Of a DNA stretch of 64,000 bases, positions 23,498 to 34,682 are shown one piece after another; positions within the stretch are counted from its first letter, which is position 1, and each line of letters begins with the position of its first letter. This DNA comes from Antechinus flavipes (lineage: Eukaryota). The notes beneath the pieces were generated by a model. The model did no database searches. It was not told the origin of the DNA and saw only the letters and a program-made list of their open reading frames with translations. The position numbers and the translations under genes were made by a program. The stretch covers positions 216,628,001-216,692,000 of the forward strand of contig NC_067399.1 of NCBI RefSeq assembly GCF_016432865.1, written 5' to 3'.

Positions 23498-25129
23498 AAA
23501 TTTTAATGGGGGATACGACATTTATCCATATTATTATAAACCCTTGTTTATTTCAGTTTGCCTGGCATAGCTCCTTAAATCTTTATCTTTTCAATTACCT
23601 ATAAGCTATCCTTCTCATCTTTCTTTGCCTGAGCATTTGATAACCAATCACTCCTTCTCTTTCATCATACTAATCATTTTTGATAATGCTGGATAGAAGT
23701 GAGAGGATCACAGGTCCCTGTGACATATCATGAAATTGTATTCACCCTGTTTTTCATTAAATACTTTAGCAATTTACTAATCTAGAAAATCTATTAAATA
23801 AGGAAATTAACTTCATTTGGCATTTTATTTTATTTTTTTTAGAAAAGACATGCTGCCTTCTTATAATTAGTATAGTATCTCTCCACAAGCCCTACCCCCA
23901 GCCTTCCATAAACAATCTGATTAATAAACCATTCTGAAAAACTGCTGGGCTTCTATGGGCAAGCTTACCTGTCAATAGTTCTGGGTAATCAACCTTTTCT
24001 TTTATAGTTTGCATGATGTATGTACACACACAAATGAACACACAGAGCAATTCTCTTTTCAAAACTTTCATTTACCAATACATCCCTTCTCATGAACTCA
24101 TTAGAGAGCTATACATAAAAATAAGTTTGTAAACTAGGCACATGGATATTGGCACACACACACACACACAACAAAAAACAAAAACTCTGGATGACCTTTT
24201 TACTAGATACAAGAAATATTCAGGTATGAAGAAAGTATAAGGGAGAGATTTTCCCCTCTCCTCAGTTGATATCGTCATAAAATGTTATCACAAGTTATTA
24301 ACAAGGTGTGAAGCTGAATGAAGAGATGAGCACTATGTCCTAATCCATTTATGAAGTGCAAATACTTTTCCAAATAGGTTTTTTAAAAGATTTTTTTAAC
24401 AAACAAAAATCCATCCTTCCAAGGGCTTTAAATAGCTAAACTCCAAATGAGTTTCATAGTTAAAAAATAGCAATCTAAGAGCTGCCAAGGTAGCAGATCT
24501 CTTGGGGAAATGGAGGCAGGAGGTGGAATGGAAGGCAGGGAGAAGGGAATTGCTTTCTCTCAATCTTCCCTCCTCTTTCCCCCACACATTGCTTTGGATA
24601 GGTAGATTCAAGTACTTAGAAGATCACCCAAGTAGGACTGGAAGGTACCTCAGGATATCTAGTCTAAAAGTTACATTTTATTAATAATGCTCTAAAATTA
24701 ATTGATTTGACCAAACTGACTTAGGAAGTAATCCAGGATCCAGACTCAGGGACTATTGACTTCAAATTCAGCATTTTTTCCCATTGCATCATGTATCCTA
24801 GAATTGAACTAATTTCAAGATAAACTCTTCATATATATTTTTGCTTCCATTAAATAGGAATAATCCTTCAACTGCCTTTATTCCTCCACCTTTCAATTAT
24901 ATTAATCTTTTTTTGAATATGTTACCTAAAATCCTATCACCTATAAAAATCAAACACATAAACAAAGTAAAATAATCCACAAGATGGCTTTAAGAAGTAG
25001 AGCAGGAAGTATTTGCATGACATATGCATCCATCTCCCTACTAAATTCAGAACTAACTATTTCCTTCATTATAATTATCGGAATATGTTTTCCAGTCCTG
25101 TTATTTCACTAATTCTTTAACAAAATCTC

Positions 25130-27400
25130 ACATGTTAATCTTTATGGACAAGATGGAGAGATGAGAGTTAGTTAAATGATGATATATCTTAGTGACTTCA
25201 GAAAATGGCTAAAATGAATGGATCCAAAAAAGTAGACATGAACTAGTCTATGTAAATTTAAAGGGTGTTTTCATAATTTTTAAATCTGAAATCATGAATT
25301 TAGAATTTTTAAAATGCCTTAGAAAATACTTCGTACGATCTGTTTTTGTTTTTGTTTTTGTTTTTTTCAGATGAGGAAATTAAGGTCAAGGGAGCTGAAT
25401 TGACTAGGTCAATATAACACAAATCCTGCCATTTATCAATAACTTAGCTAAAGGAGTAACTGACATACTTTTCCAACTTGCAGATTATCTAAAGGTAACA
25501 GGATTATTAACTCAGAGTAAGGAAGCTAAAACATCTTGCTAAGCTAGGACATACAATATCTACTAATAAAATAATAAATAAATACAATTGTAAGTCTTAT
25601 ATTTGAATTCATTATCATCAGAGTCAGCAGGAAAAAATGTCTACATAGCAATTTTAAATGTTTCCTGGTTTTAGTAGACCGCATTCTATATTATGAGTCA
25701 TTAGTACAATTTGGCAGCCAAATGAAATAAAGATAATTCAGTCTTTTGACTGTAGCAGAATAGGAATCATGTATACAATGAGGGAGATGAGAAGCTCACT
25801 ATACAATATCTTGGCAGCACATTTTTTTTTGAATCTAGGCAGCACAGGAAAATAGATAAGGTAAAGAGAGTTTAGGAGAAATGAACAGGATATTGAGAAT
25901 TCTGGACAGAATGATTAGTTGAAGAAGGTAGGAATGTTCATCCCTACAAAAGAAAAGATTCAAAGGCAACATAGTTATCAAGTATTTGAAGGGTGACTTC
26001 TGATGGTGGAAGGAAGATGGCAGAATAAGCCAGGAAGTTGTTCAAGCTCTCCCAGTTTCCCTCAAAAGCCACATGAAACCAAGCTTCCAAAGAAAGTCTG
26101 ATGGAATGAGACCATTCTCCAACACAAGATAGATTGGAAAAACATCAAGAAAAATCAGTCTCACTGTGGTGAAAGGAGTGGTCAGCCCAGCTAAGAGAGA
26201 GTCTGAGAAAGCCAGTGAGAAGGTTTTGATAACTGCCAGTGAGAGACCCTTGATCCTGGCTCACTAGCAGAGTAAACCAGTAGGACAGTACCCAGTCCCA
26301 GTTCAGAAGTGAAATTCTGGGAAATCAAGCTGTTAAATTTATAAGAATACAAGTCATTCCCCAGTTAATAAGAGGTGAAAATATATGAACAGACAATTTT
26401 CAGATGATGAAATTAAAACCATATATAATCATTGAAAAAAGACTCTAAATTATTATTGATTAGGGACATGCAAATTAAAGCAACTGTGAGGTACCACTTC
26501 ATACCTAATATATTAGCTAAGATTACAGGAAAAAATAATGATGAATATTGGAGAGGATGTGGGAAAACTGGGACATTAATGCTTTATTAGTGAAACTATG
26601 CAATGATTTAACCATTTTGGAGGGTAATCTGGAATTATGCCCAAAGGGTTATCAAAGTGTAGATACTCTTTGACCCAGCAGTGCCACAAGTGGGTCTGTG
26701 TCCCAAGGAAATTATAAAGGAGAGAAAAGGAATCCCATGTGCAAAAATGTTTGTTGCAGTTCTTTTTGCTATAGCAAGGAATGGAAATTGAGTTTATGCC
26801 CATCAATTGGGAAATAGCTGAATATGTTGTAGTACATGAAGGTAATGGAATATTATTATTCTATAAAAAATGACAAGCTGATTTTAGAAAGATTTATATG
26901 AACTGATGCTGAGCAAAACAAGAAGAATGAGGAATACATAATAATATCAAGAATGTGCCATGATTAACTATGAAAAACCTGGTTCTCCTGTAGTTCAGTG
27001 ATTCAAGGCAATCCCAATTGACTTTGAATAGAAAATGCCATCTACATCCAGAAAAAAGAACTATGAAGATTAAATGTAAATCAGAACATGCTATGTCCAT
27101 TCCTTTTTTTCTGTTTTTTTTTTTTTTTCTGATTTTTCTCTCCCAACATAATTCATAAAGCAATATGAATTAAAAATAAATAAATAAAAAGAAAAAAGTA
27201 TTTGAAGGGTTATTATGGGAAGAAACAGATAAGTTTGAATCATGATCAATGGGAAGAAGTTGTAGAGAAACAACTTTGATTCACTGTGAGGGGAAACAAC
27301 AACAAAACAAAATTACAGAAATGAAAAAACATTGCTAATGTGCCTATCCAAAAGTGTTATGTATTGTCTCAGAATGTAGTGGTTCCCTTAATTAGTCCTA
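25130..27400 (+). mobile_element. L3/CR1 3' portion, interrupted by an L1 derivative
   Basis: L3 ORF2 3' motifs (tttatggacaagatggaga; ggcagccaaa; caagtatttgaaggg; caatgggaagaagttg) continue across the 25995-27195 insertion. Confidence 0.65.
25995..27195 (+). mobile_element. Internally deleted L1 (5' UTR fused to ORF2 end and 3' UTR)
   Basis: L1 5' start (ggaagatggcagaataag); junction at about 26333 into aaatttataagaatacaagtcattcccc (ORF2); A tail; perfect 15-bp TSD aagtatttgaagggt at 25980-25994 and 27196-27210. Confidence 0.85.
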
Positions 27401-28690
27401 GATGAATACCTATTAAGAAATGAAAAATAAAACTCTTCTTCAGGAAGGGATTGTACTGAATTACTGTTCCCTTCCAGTGATTTCTTCCAATGATTCCCTT
27501 CATTTCCCTCTAATTTATTACAAAGAATTCTACCTCTATCAAAACAAATATAGATGAGCCACATAACTCATTCTCAATGTTCTGCAAGTACTGATGCTGA
27601 GACTATCTTTTTTGTTCCTTTTATCAGACACATAGAATGCTGATCTCATGTCCATCATTTACTTGTCATTAGTATCAACTTCCCTTGGGCTCCTATTGGA
27701 TCTTACCAGGGCTGCTTTTTTACTATTTTTTTCTATTCTCAAACTCATGATGTTGTAAGATCTCAACAAAAATGGTGCTGGTATGTCAGCAAATCAGCAC
27801 TTATAAGAGTGGGAGGTGTAATGGTTCATGAAATTGTACACATTAGGATAGCAATGCTATACAATTTTTTTTTTTGTAAACAGCTTGCTTTGATAGAAAT
27901 GTAAAGTCAGATTTCAGACTTCTTTAAAAGTATGTAAAGAAATAGTAGCTCAAATTATAAGGTTTCATTTTTATTAAGCAATGACAAATTTTGTGATGCA
28001 AGAAACATCTTTATAGGTAATTTTGACAACCAAGTATCATTTGGCAACTACAGAATATTGTCATTTTCAAAAAACAGAGAAGTTAATTGGAAAATGATTG
28101 ACCTGTTTCCACAGCTGTGAGATCCTTGTCCTCACTATTCTAAACTCATTACTGCAAATGTATCTTCCTCACCCTTTCCAGGACTATCCCTTTCTGTTGC
28201 TGTCTACTTCAGGTACTCAAAGAAAAAAAATAAAGTTGACTTTCACCATTCTTCTGTTTTCTCCACAGTTATCTTTCTAAGCCACCTGGGCTACAGATTG
28301 AAATGCGAGTGGGTTAGCCCTTCTGCATGCCCTTTTCCTTGTGGTAGGCACGCTGTGCCCTGAAGGGTAGGGTACAGGTGCTCAGCCTTGGACACTCTCT
28401 CTATTGAATGTGCCTGAGTTGTTTCTGAGATTGCTGGGTTTTTTTCTCTGACAGGAGAAAGCCATTAGAAATTGGCCAGACGGTTCTTTTCCCCTTCATT
28501 AGGAACTAATTGCAAGTGGTAGGTCTCAGCTCACCCTGGGTTGTTTACAGCTTTCCAAAACCTAGGGGTGCTTGGGGGCATTGGGAATCTAGCACATGGT
28601 ACTGGGAGTGAGTGATTGCTCCTGGGTATGTGTTATTGATTTGGCTAAAGGAGAGGGAAAGATGCTGCTGAGAATGACCACACTGGAGAT

Positions 28691-28773
28691 TTTAAAACCC
28701 AAAGTAAATGAAATCAACAAAATCTCTCTTTAAAACCCAACTGTAAATGAAATCAACAAAATCTCTCTTTAAA
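28691..28773. repeat. Tandem duplication of a 38/39-bp unit
   Basis: tttaaaacccaaagtaaatgaaatcaacaaaatctctc followed by tttaaaacccaactgtaaatgaaatcaacaaaatctctc, then tttaaa. Confidence 0.95.
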
Positions 28774-30574
28774 TATTGCTCAGTTGGCTCTGGAGCCAAA
28801 GAACTAAGAACCCTATAAAGGATTCATTAAACGAGCCAAAACTTGCTTGCTGTCCTGAGTTGTACTTTCCTTCAACTCCCATTCACTTTAACTACAAACT
28901 TGCCCATAATATTCTTGAGAATGTCTGACCTGTTGTCTTGTAAGTAGACAATGGAGATCAGTTTTGAAATGATCCTTGGAGTCTATATCCTCATTGCCAC
29001 AAGTCATTTTATGATCTCTTTATCTGCTCTGGGATATAGCATTTACATATAGTGGAAAACTGCTAACCAGAGAAAATTTTCATAATCTAATTAACTGGAT
29101 GGAGGCAACAAGTATCCAGGAATTTCAATGTTTTAAAAATCAAACAAGAGTCACTGGATAGCCATTGGCCTAAACTATTCTAAAGTGCATTTAATCATGT
29201 GACATAGGAAGAAAATCCTAAGCAAAGTCAAATATTCATTCTTTTGTCCTTTTTTTTAGACTCCCCTCTCTGTTCTCCAAGATGCTGCTTATAGCATCAC
29301 CATCCTTATTCAACAATAAGCATTTGACAGCATGTCATCTCTCCTCTTCTCCCTCTAGGAGATTGAAAAAGGTTGTGATTTTAGAATCACATTAGTGGAT
29401 AAGGACACCAGAAGCTCCAGATTCTTTGAAACGGGAACTAGTAGTATTGGTTTGTTTTTTGATAAGCTATCCAGCCTTGCTGGAAGGTAGCTTTTCTCTA
29501 ATACTTGTATCAGAGGGACTTTCTTAGAGTTGAGAAATTTTCCCTAGCAAAATCCTTTCACAGTATGCATTTTGATTTCTGATAAAAGTGTATGTATGTG
29601 TATGGCTCAGCAGAGATTTAGGAAACCTGAAGTACTGAAAAAAATCTTCCTGGGATGGGTGCTAAAACTTTGGGAATTATAAAAAGAACCCCCAGCTTCT
29701 TAAGGCAACGTATACAATTCAGTGCATATCCTAGGGCATCAATTATATATTAAAAAGGTACATTTTAATATTCTTTTTTAATAGGGACTCCATAAGTATG
29801 TTATGCTGCTCTTTGAGCTTAGGGAAGGATTGTAGATAAATTGAACACTGAAAAGAATGTACTTTATGTAAGTCATCAGTGAATATTATTCATATTTCAT
29901 ATCTTATCTTGCTGAAATGAAAACTCTAAAGATATGCAACACAAATTTGTAAATAATGCAATTCTTATAACTTAAATTATCATCCTAACTTAACTATTTT
30001 CCCGAAGTTCTGAAATTCTATGTTATTCATTCCAAAATAAGCATTTGAATGCTTGCAGGTTATATACTAGACGTTAAGTTCTGTGAGGACATCAAACTCT
30101 TCATCTCCTAGGGCATTGAGCACAGTAATGAATGAGGGGGAATCAGAAAGCTAGTGGTCCAAGAAAACTCAATCATTCCTATAGCTGCCCCCAATGCTAA
30201 TTGCCCCCTGGACAATGGAACAACATGAAGAGATTATCTTGACCCTGGTAAACAGTGACATAGTTGTGCATGATCAACTTTGTGGATTTGAATGTGAAGT
30301 GATTATTGAACAACTGAAGAAGATTAGCTAGTAGCCATGAGAAAGAAAAAGAAATAACAGGAAGATAGAGAAAAAAAGAAAAGACAGAAAGACAGAGATG
30401 TCTTATTTGTTGTGGTCGTAATTGTTTTGATGGATATTAATATGTATTAATTTTGCCACTAAACAGTGAAGCATAGTCTCCTACTTTTATCATTGAAAAT
30501 AAAAAATTCAAATTCTACCTTTATTGTATGTACTATTGAGTTTCAGCTTTTGTTTCATTCTTTATAGATTAATA

Positions 30575-30872
30575 GTGTTTTATTTTTTTCAAATAGGTGA
30601 AGATGATTTTCAACATTTATATTTATAAAACTTTGTATTCCAAATTTTTCTCCCTCCCTCTCTCACCTCCCCCCTTCCTAAGATAGCAAGCATTCCGATA
30701 TAGGTTAAACATGTGCTATCCTTTTATACATGTTTCCATCTTTGCCATGTTATGCAAAAAAAATCAAACCAAAAGGAAAAAAAAAAGTAAAACAAATAAA
30801 AGGTGAAAATACTATGCTTCGATTCACATTCAGTCTCCATAGTTCTCTCTCTAGGTGTGTCTGGCATTTTCA
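30575..30872 (-). mobile_element. L1 3' end
   Basis: T-rich tail, C-rich tract, actatgcttcgattcacattcagtctccatagttctctct. Confidence 0.8.
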
Positions 30873-31139
30873 GATGGTGTCATTCTTGAAAGAAATTGGG
30901 AAATATGGAAGAGATTTTTTGAGGAGCAAAGGGATAGAAGAGAACAAATCCTATGTTTTACATGTATCTGTATATGTGTGTATGTATGTGATTTTCAGAT
31001 GTGTTCAGGATATCAAGTTTTAAATACTTAATATATAGTTGTTGATTATGTAGGAACAGAATTAAAGTGAGAGGAAGGCTGAATTTATTATACATCTGAG
31101 AATTTTCTAGACTATACTTCCAGTGGGGCAGTTCGGTGC

Positions 31140-31330
31140 TATCAGAAAAAAACACACACTAAAAAATAAGCAAATAAGAGAAAATACTATGCTTTGATCC
31201 AAATATAATCTCCATAGTTCTCTCTGTGGATATGGAAGGGCATTTTCCATCCCAAGTCTATTGGAATTGCCTTGAATCATAGTATTGTTGAGAAGAGCCA
31301 AGTCCATCACAGTTGATTATCACATAATCT
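31140..31330 (-). mobile_element. L1 3' UTR fragment
   Basis: ctccatagttctctctgtggatatggaagggcattttccatcccaagtctattggaattgccttgaatc. Confidence 0.75.
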
Positions 31331-31549
31331 TATTTTTACTTTTTTTCAAAATTCATATAATATTTTATGAGGTAGTATCAAGTATGTTTGAAGCAGAAAT
31401 GGATACTAGAGATTCATTGTAAGAAATAACAGGCTGACAAGTCCTAGTGTAAACCCAAGAGAATGGAAAGAAGGAGACACTGGACAAAAGAGAGGAAGAA
31501 AAGCCAAGCCTTTATTATTTAATTTGGCTTCATGTTCAAGCAAACTCAC

Positions 31550-32470
31550 TGATACCATTACACACTTCTCAGATTGGCTAAGATGACAGGAAAAGACAAG
31601 GATGGATGTTGGAGGGAATGTGGGAAAACTGAGACACTAATACATTGTTGTTGGAACTGTGAATGGATCCAGACATTGTGGGGAGCAATTTGGAACTATT
31701 CTCAAAAAGTTATCAAACTGTGCATACCCTTTGATCCCAGCAGTGTTTCTACTGGGCCTATATCCCAAACAAATTTTTAAGAAAGGAAAGGGACCCACAT
31801 GTGCAAAAATATTGTGGCAGCCCTTTTCATGGTGGCAAGAAATTGGAAACTGAGTGGGTGCCCATCAGTTGGAGAATGGCTGAATAAGTTATAATATACG
31901 AGTGCTATGGAATATTATTGTTCTATAAGAAATGATCAGGAGGATGATTTTAGAGAGGCTTGGAGAGACTTACATGAACTTATGTTAAGTGAAATGAGCA
32001 GAACCAGGAGACTGTTGTACACAAAAACATCAGTATTATACAACAATCAATTCTGATGAACGTGACTCTTTCCAACAATTAGATGATTGATGCCAGTTCC
32101 CATGATCTTGTGATGAAGAGAGCCATCTACACCCAGAAAGAGGACTATGGGAATTAAAGGTGGATCACAACACAACATTCTCACTCTTTTGTTGTTATTC
32201 ACTTGCATTTTGTTTTCTTATTCATTTACTTTCTTTTTTTGATCTGATTTTTCTTGTGCAGCAAGAGAATTGTATAAATATGTTTATATATATATATTGA
32301 CTTTAATATATATTTTAACATGTTTAACATATATTGGATTGCTTGCCATCTAGGGGAAGGGATGGGGGAAAGGAGGAGAAAATCTGAACCACAAGGCTAT
32401 GCAAGGATCAATGTTGTCAAATTATCCATGCATATGTTTTGAAAATAAAAAGCTTTATTAAAAAAATTAA
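31550..32470 (+). mobile_element. 5'-truncated L1
   Basis: ORF-track 31574 peptide AKMTGKDKDGCWRECGKTETLIHC is the L1 ORF2 cysteine-rich C-terminus; 3' UTR and A tail follow. Possible 7-bp TSD aaactca. Confidence 0.92.
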
Positions 32471-34076
32471 AAACTCAGGTCAGAGTAAGGCTCATTCAGA
32501 GGTCTAGTAATTTTCCGGGTTTTCCAGAGTTCTTAACAAGAACAACAGGAGAAATAGAGGCTCTTCATTTTTACTCCAGGCAGATCGAGAAGAGCAATAT
32601 TATTAGCATTGTCAAGGACTAAACTCCAGAAGTTCTGCCTTTGTTTCCAGTTTCTCAGTACTGTGCTTCTCATTCTCTTCATTAACTAGGATAAGACCAT
32701 GCCTAGGTACATTGAAAACTCTTTAAAAGGTAATCAGTTTGTAAGGCAGGGGGGAATGTATGATGATCATTAAGTGAAAACATGCTCTTCCCTTCTCCCT
32801 GTGGTCCAGAGAACTGAATCACAGTGGTGGAAATCTATATAATATTCTCTAGGGCATTTATTGTTTAATTTTTATTTCTGTATACCCACTATCTGTCACA
32901 GTATCTGACACATGGTAGATATTTAATTAATAAGCACTTATTTAGTGTTCATTATGTTCCACTCCCTATACTGTGATGAGAATACAAAGCTAAAAGAAAA
33001 AACAAAGAAGTTAAAACAGCCCCTGAACTCAAGAAATGGATGCTAACGTACAATGCTTAATTAATGATTGATATCCAGTGAGAAGAAGATACCCTCACAA
33101 GCCATGATTCATTGGAAATTATTCCTTTACAGGTAGGAGCTAAGCTGATGAGGGTCAAGTTCTTAAACCATCCTCAGTCAGAAGGTGACAACTTCTAGCC
33201 ATGTGTATTGAGAGGGATAGTGGTGATGAGAGGACATAGTGATGAGGTTTTAGTGATTATGACATTACCAAATAAAGAGGGATAGTGTACAAAAGGACCC
33301 ACTCATAATCCATATAAGAGGCACTTGGCAATTGCTGCTAAATTGAACTTAATATTTTGAAGCATACTTCCTGCAAATTATTCCACTAATTTCTGATCAC
33401 TAACTTGTGACATTGTTGAAAAGACTTGTTATCATCTAATCCAGTTCATATCTGAACTATAGTTCTCTATATAACAGTTTCACAAAGAAATGAACTTTCA
33501 GTCTCTGCTTGAAGTCCTCTTGTGAGGGGAAATTCAACTACCTCTTGAGGTAGTCCATTATACTTTTGGATAATTTTCATTATTTTTTTAAAATTTTCGT
33601 TTATGGAATAAAACAAGCATTTACACAGAATAGTACAATATAAAGATGATTGCACATAAAAATGGAAATCTACTATGCAAACTTGCTTTTTCCTTTCAAA
33701 TATACATTGAAATTATCATGTAAATTTCTTTTTTTCCCCTTGTTTTCTTCCCTTCCCTTTTTCCCTGTCCTAAAGATGGCTACCATTAGACACAAATAAG
33801 TATATGTATGTATGTATGTGTATATATATTCTTTGACTTTTCTTCCCCTTTTTTGTCTAGTGTCTCATTCTATTTCTTCTCTTGGGGTCATGCTAGGATT
33901 TCTAAGCCTCTTATTTTTTACACTCTATCTTTAGTACTCTGCTTCATACACACTCAATGCTATCTCACAAGACATCCTCTCTTTGCCTTTCTGTTTCTCT
34001 CCCTTTCTTCCCACCTTTACCTTCTTTCTTTCTCTTTCCCTTTATTTCTTATGACTAGTAGCTAGTTTTCTTCAAT

Positions 34077-34078
<2 letters not shown>

Positions 34079-34131
<53 letters not shown>
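34079..34131. repeat. (TG)n microsatellite
   Basis: Read directly from the sequence. Confidence 0.95.
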
Positions 34132-34133
<2 letters not shown>

Positions 34134-34147
34134 TCTATGCATAATTC

Positions 34148-34682
34148 TGACAAGGTCTAGATTTGGGGTACCTAAATGAAATTAGGGTTTAGTTGAGGTC
34201 TAGTGGCAGGTTTGGGGTATAGGGAGTCAAATGGAGCTCCCCTGAAACTCCTGGATTCAGCGCAAGTATATGGTGGTAAATGAGGTCTAGTGGCAGCATG
34301 AGTCCCCAATAAAAGTATTTATAGGCCTGAAGAACAAAATTGATAAAAGAGGTTTATTATGGGGTCTGGAAGTAAGGAGATAAGTGAAGGTAGAGATAAG
34401 AAGGACACCAGACAGACGGTCCAATGGACAGAGGGTCCTGACATGGCTAGTATGTTTAGGACCTCTGCAAAGAGGGGGTCCCAGTGTGACCCTTTTGTAA
34501 TGGGAGATTTTGCTAGAGGGGCTTTTGAGTGTAGCCCTGTGTTGGCTCAGATCCGGCTTGGGGCTGGAACAAGCCCGGATCTTCTATTGGAATACAAAGG
34601 AGCCAGGATTTGTGAGTTAAAGGATAATTGCATTAACTAGGGGGAGTTGGGACTCACAAAGAAAGGAATCTTTCCTGCATCA
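34148..34682 (-). mobile_element. Solo LTR, ERV1-like (535 bp)
   Basis: TG...CA termini and a 4-bp TSD attc (34144-34147 / 34683-34686). Minus orientation is inferred from a TATA-like TTACAAAA (34500-34493) upstream of AATAAA (34358-34353); a plus-strand AATAAA at 34308 leaves some ambiguity. Confidence 0.8.

Noticed and set aside
23969-24108. Minus-strand exon candidate (140 nt, good splice sites)
   Set aside because: The longest frame hits TGA before the donor and it contains TG-repeat sequence, so it is probably a pseudo-exon.
31574-31853. Cys/Trp-rich ORFs
   Set aside because: They are the L1 ORF2 C-terminus and its shifted frame.
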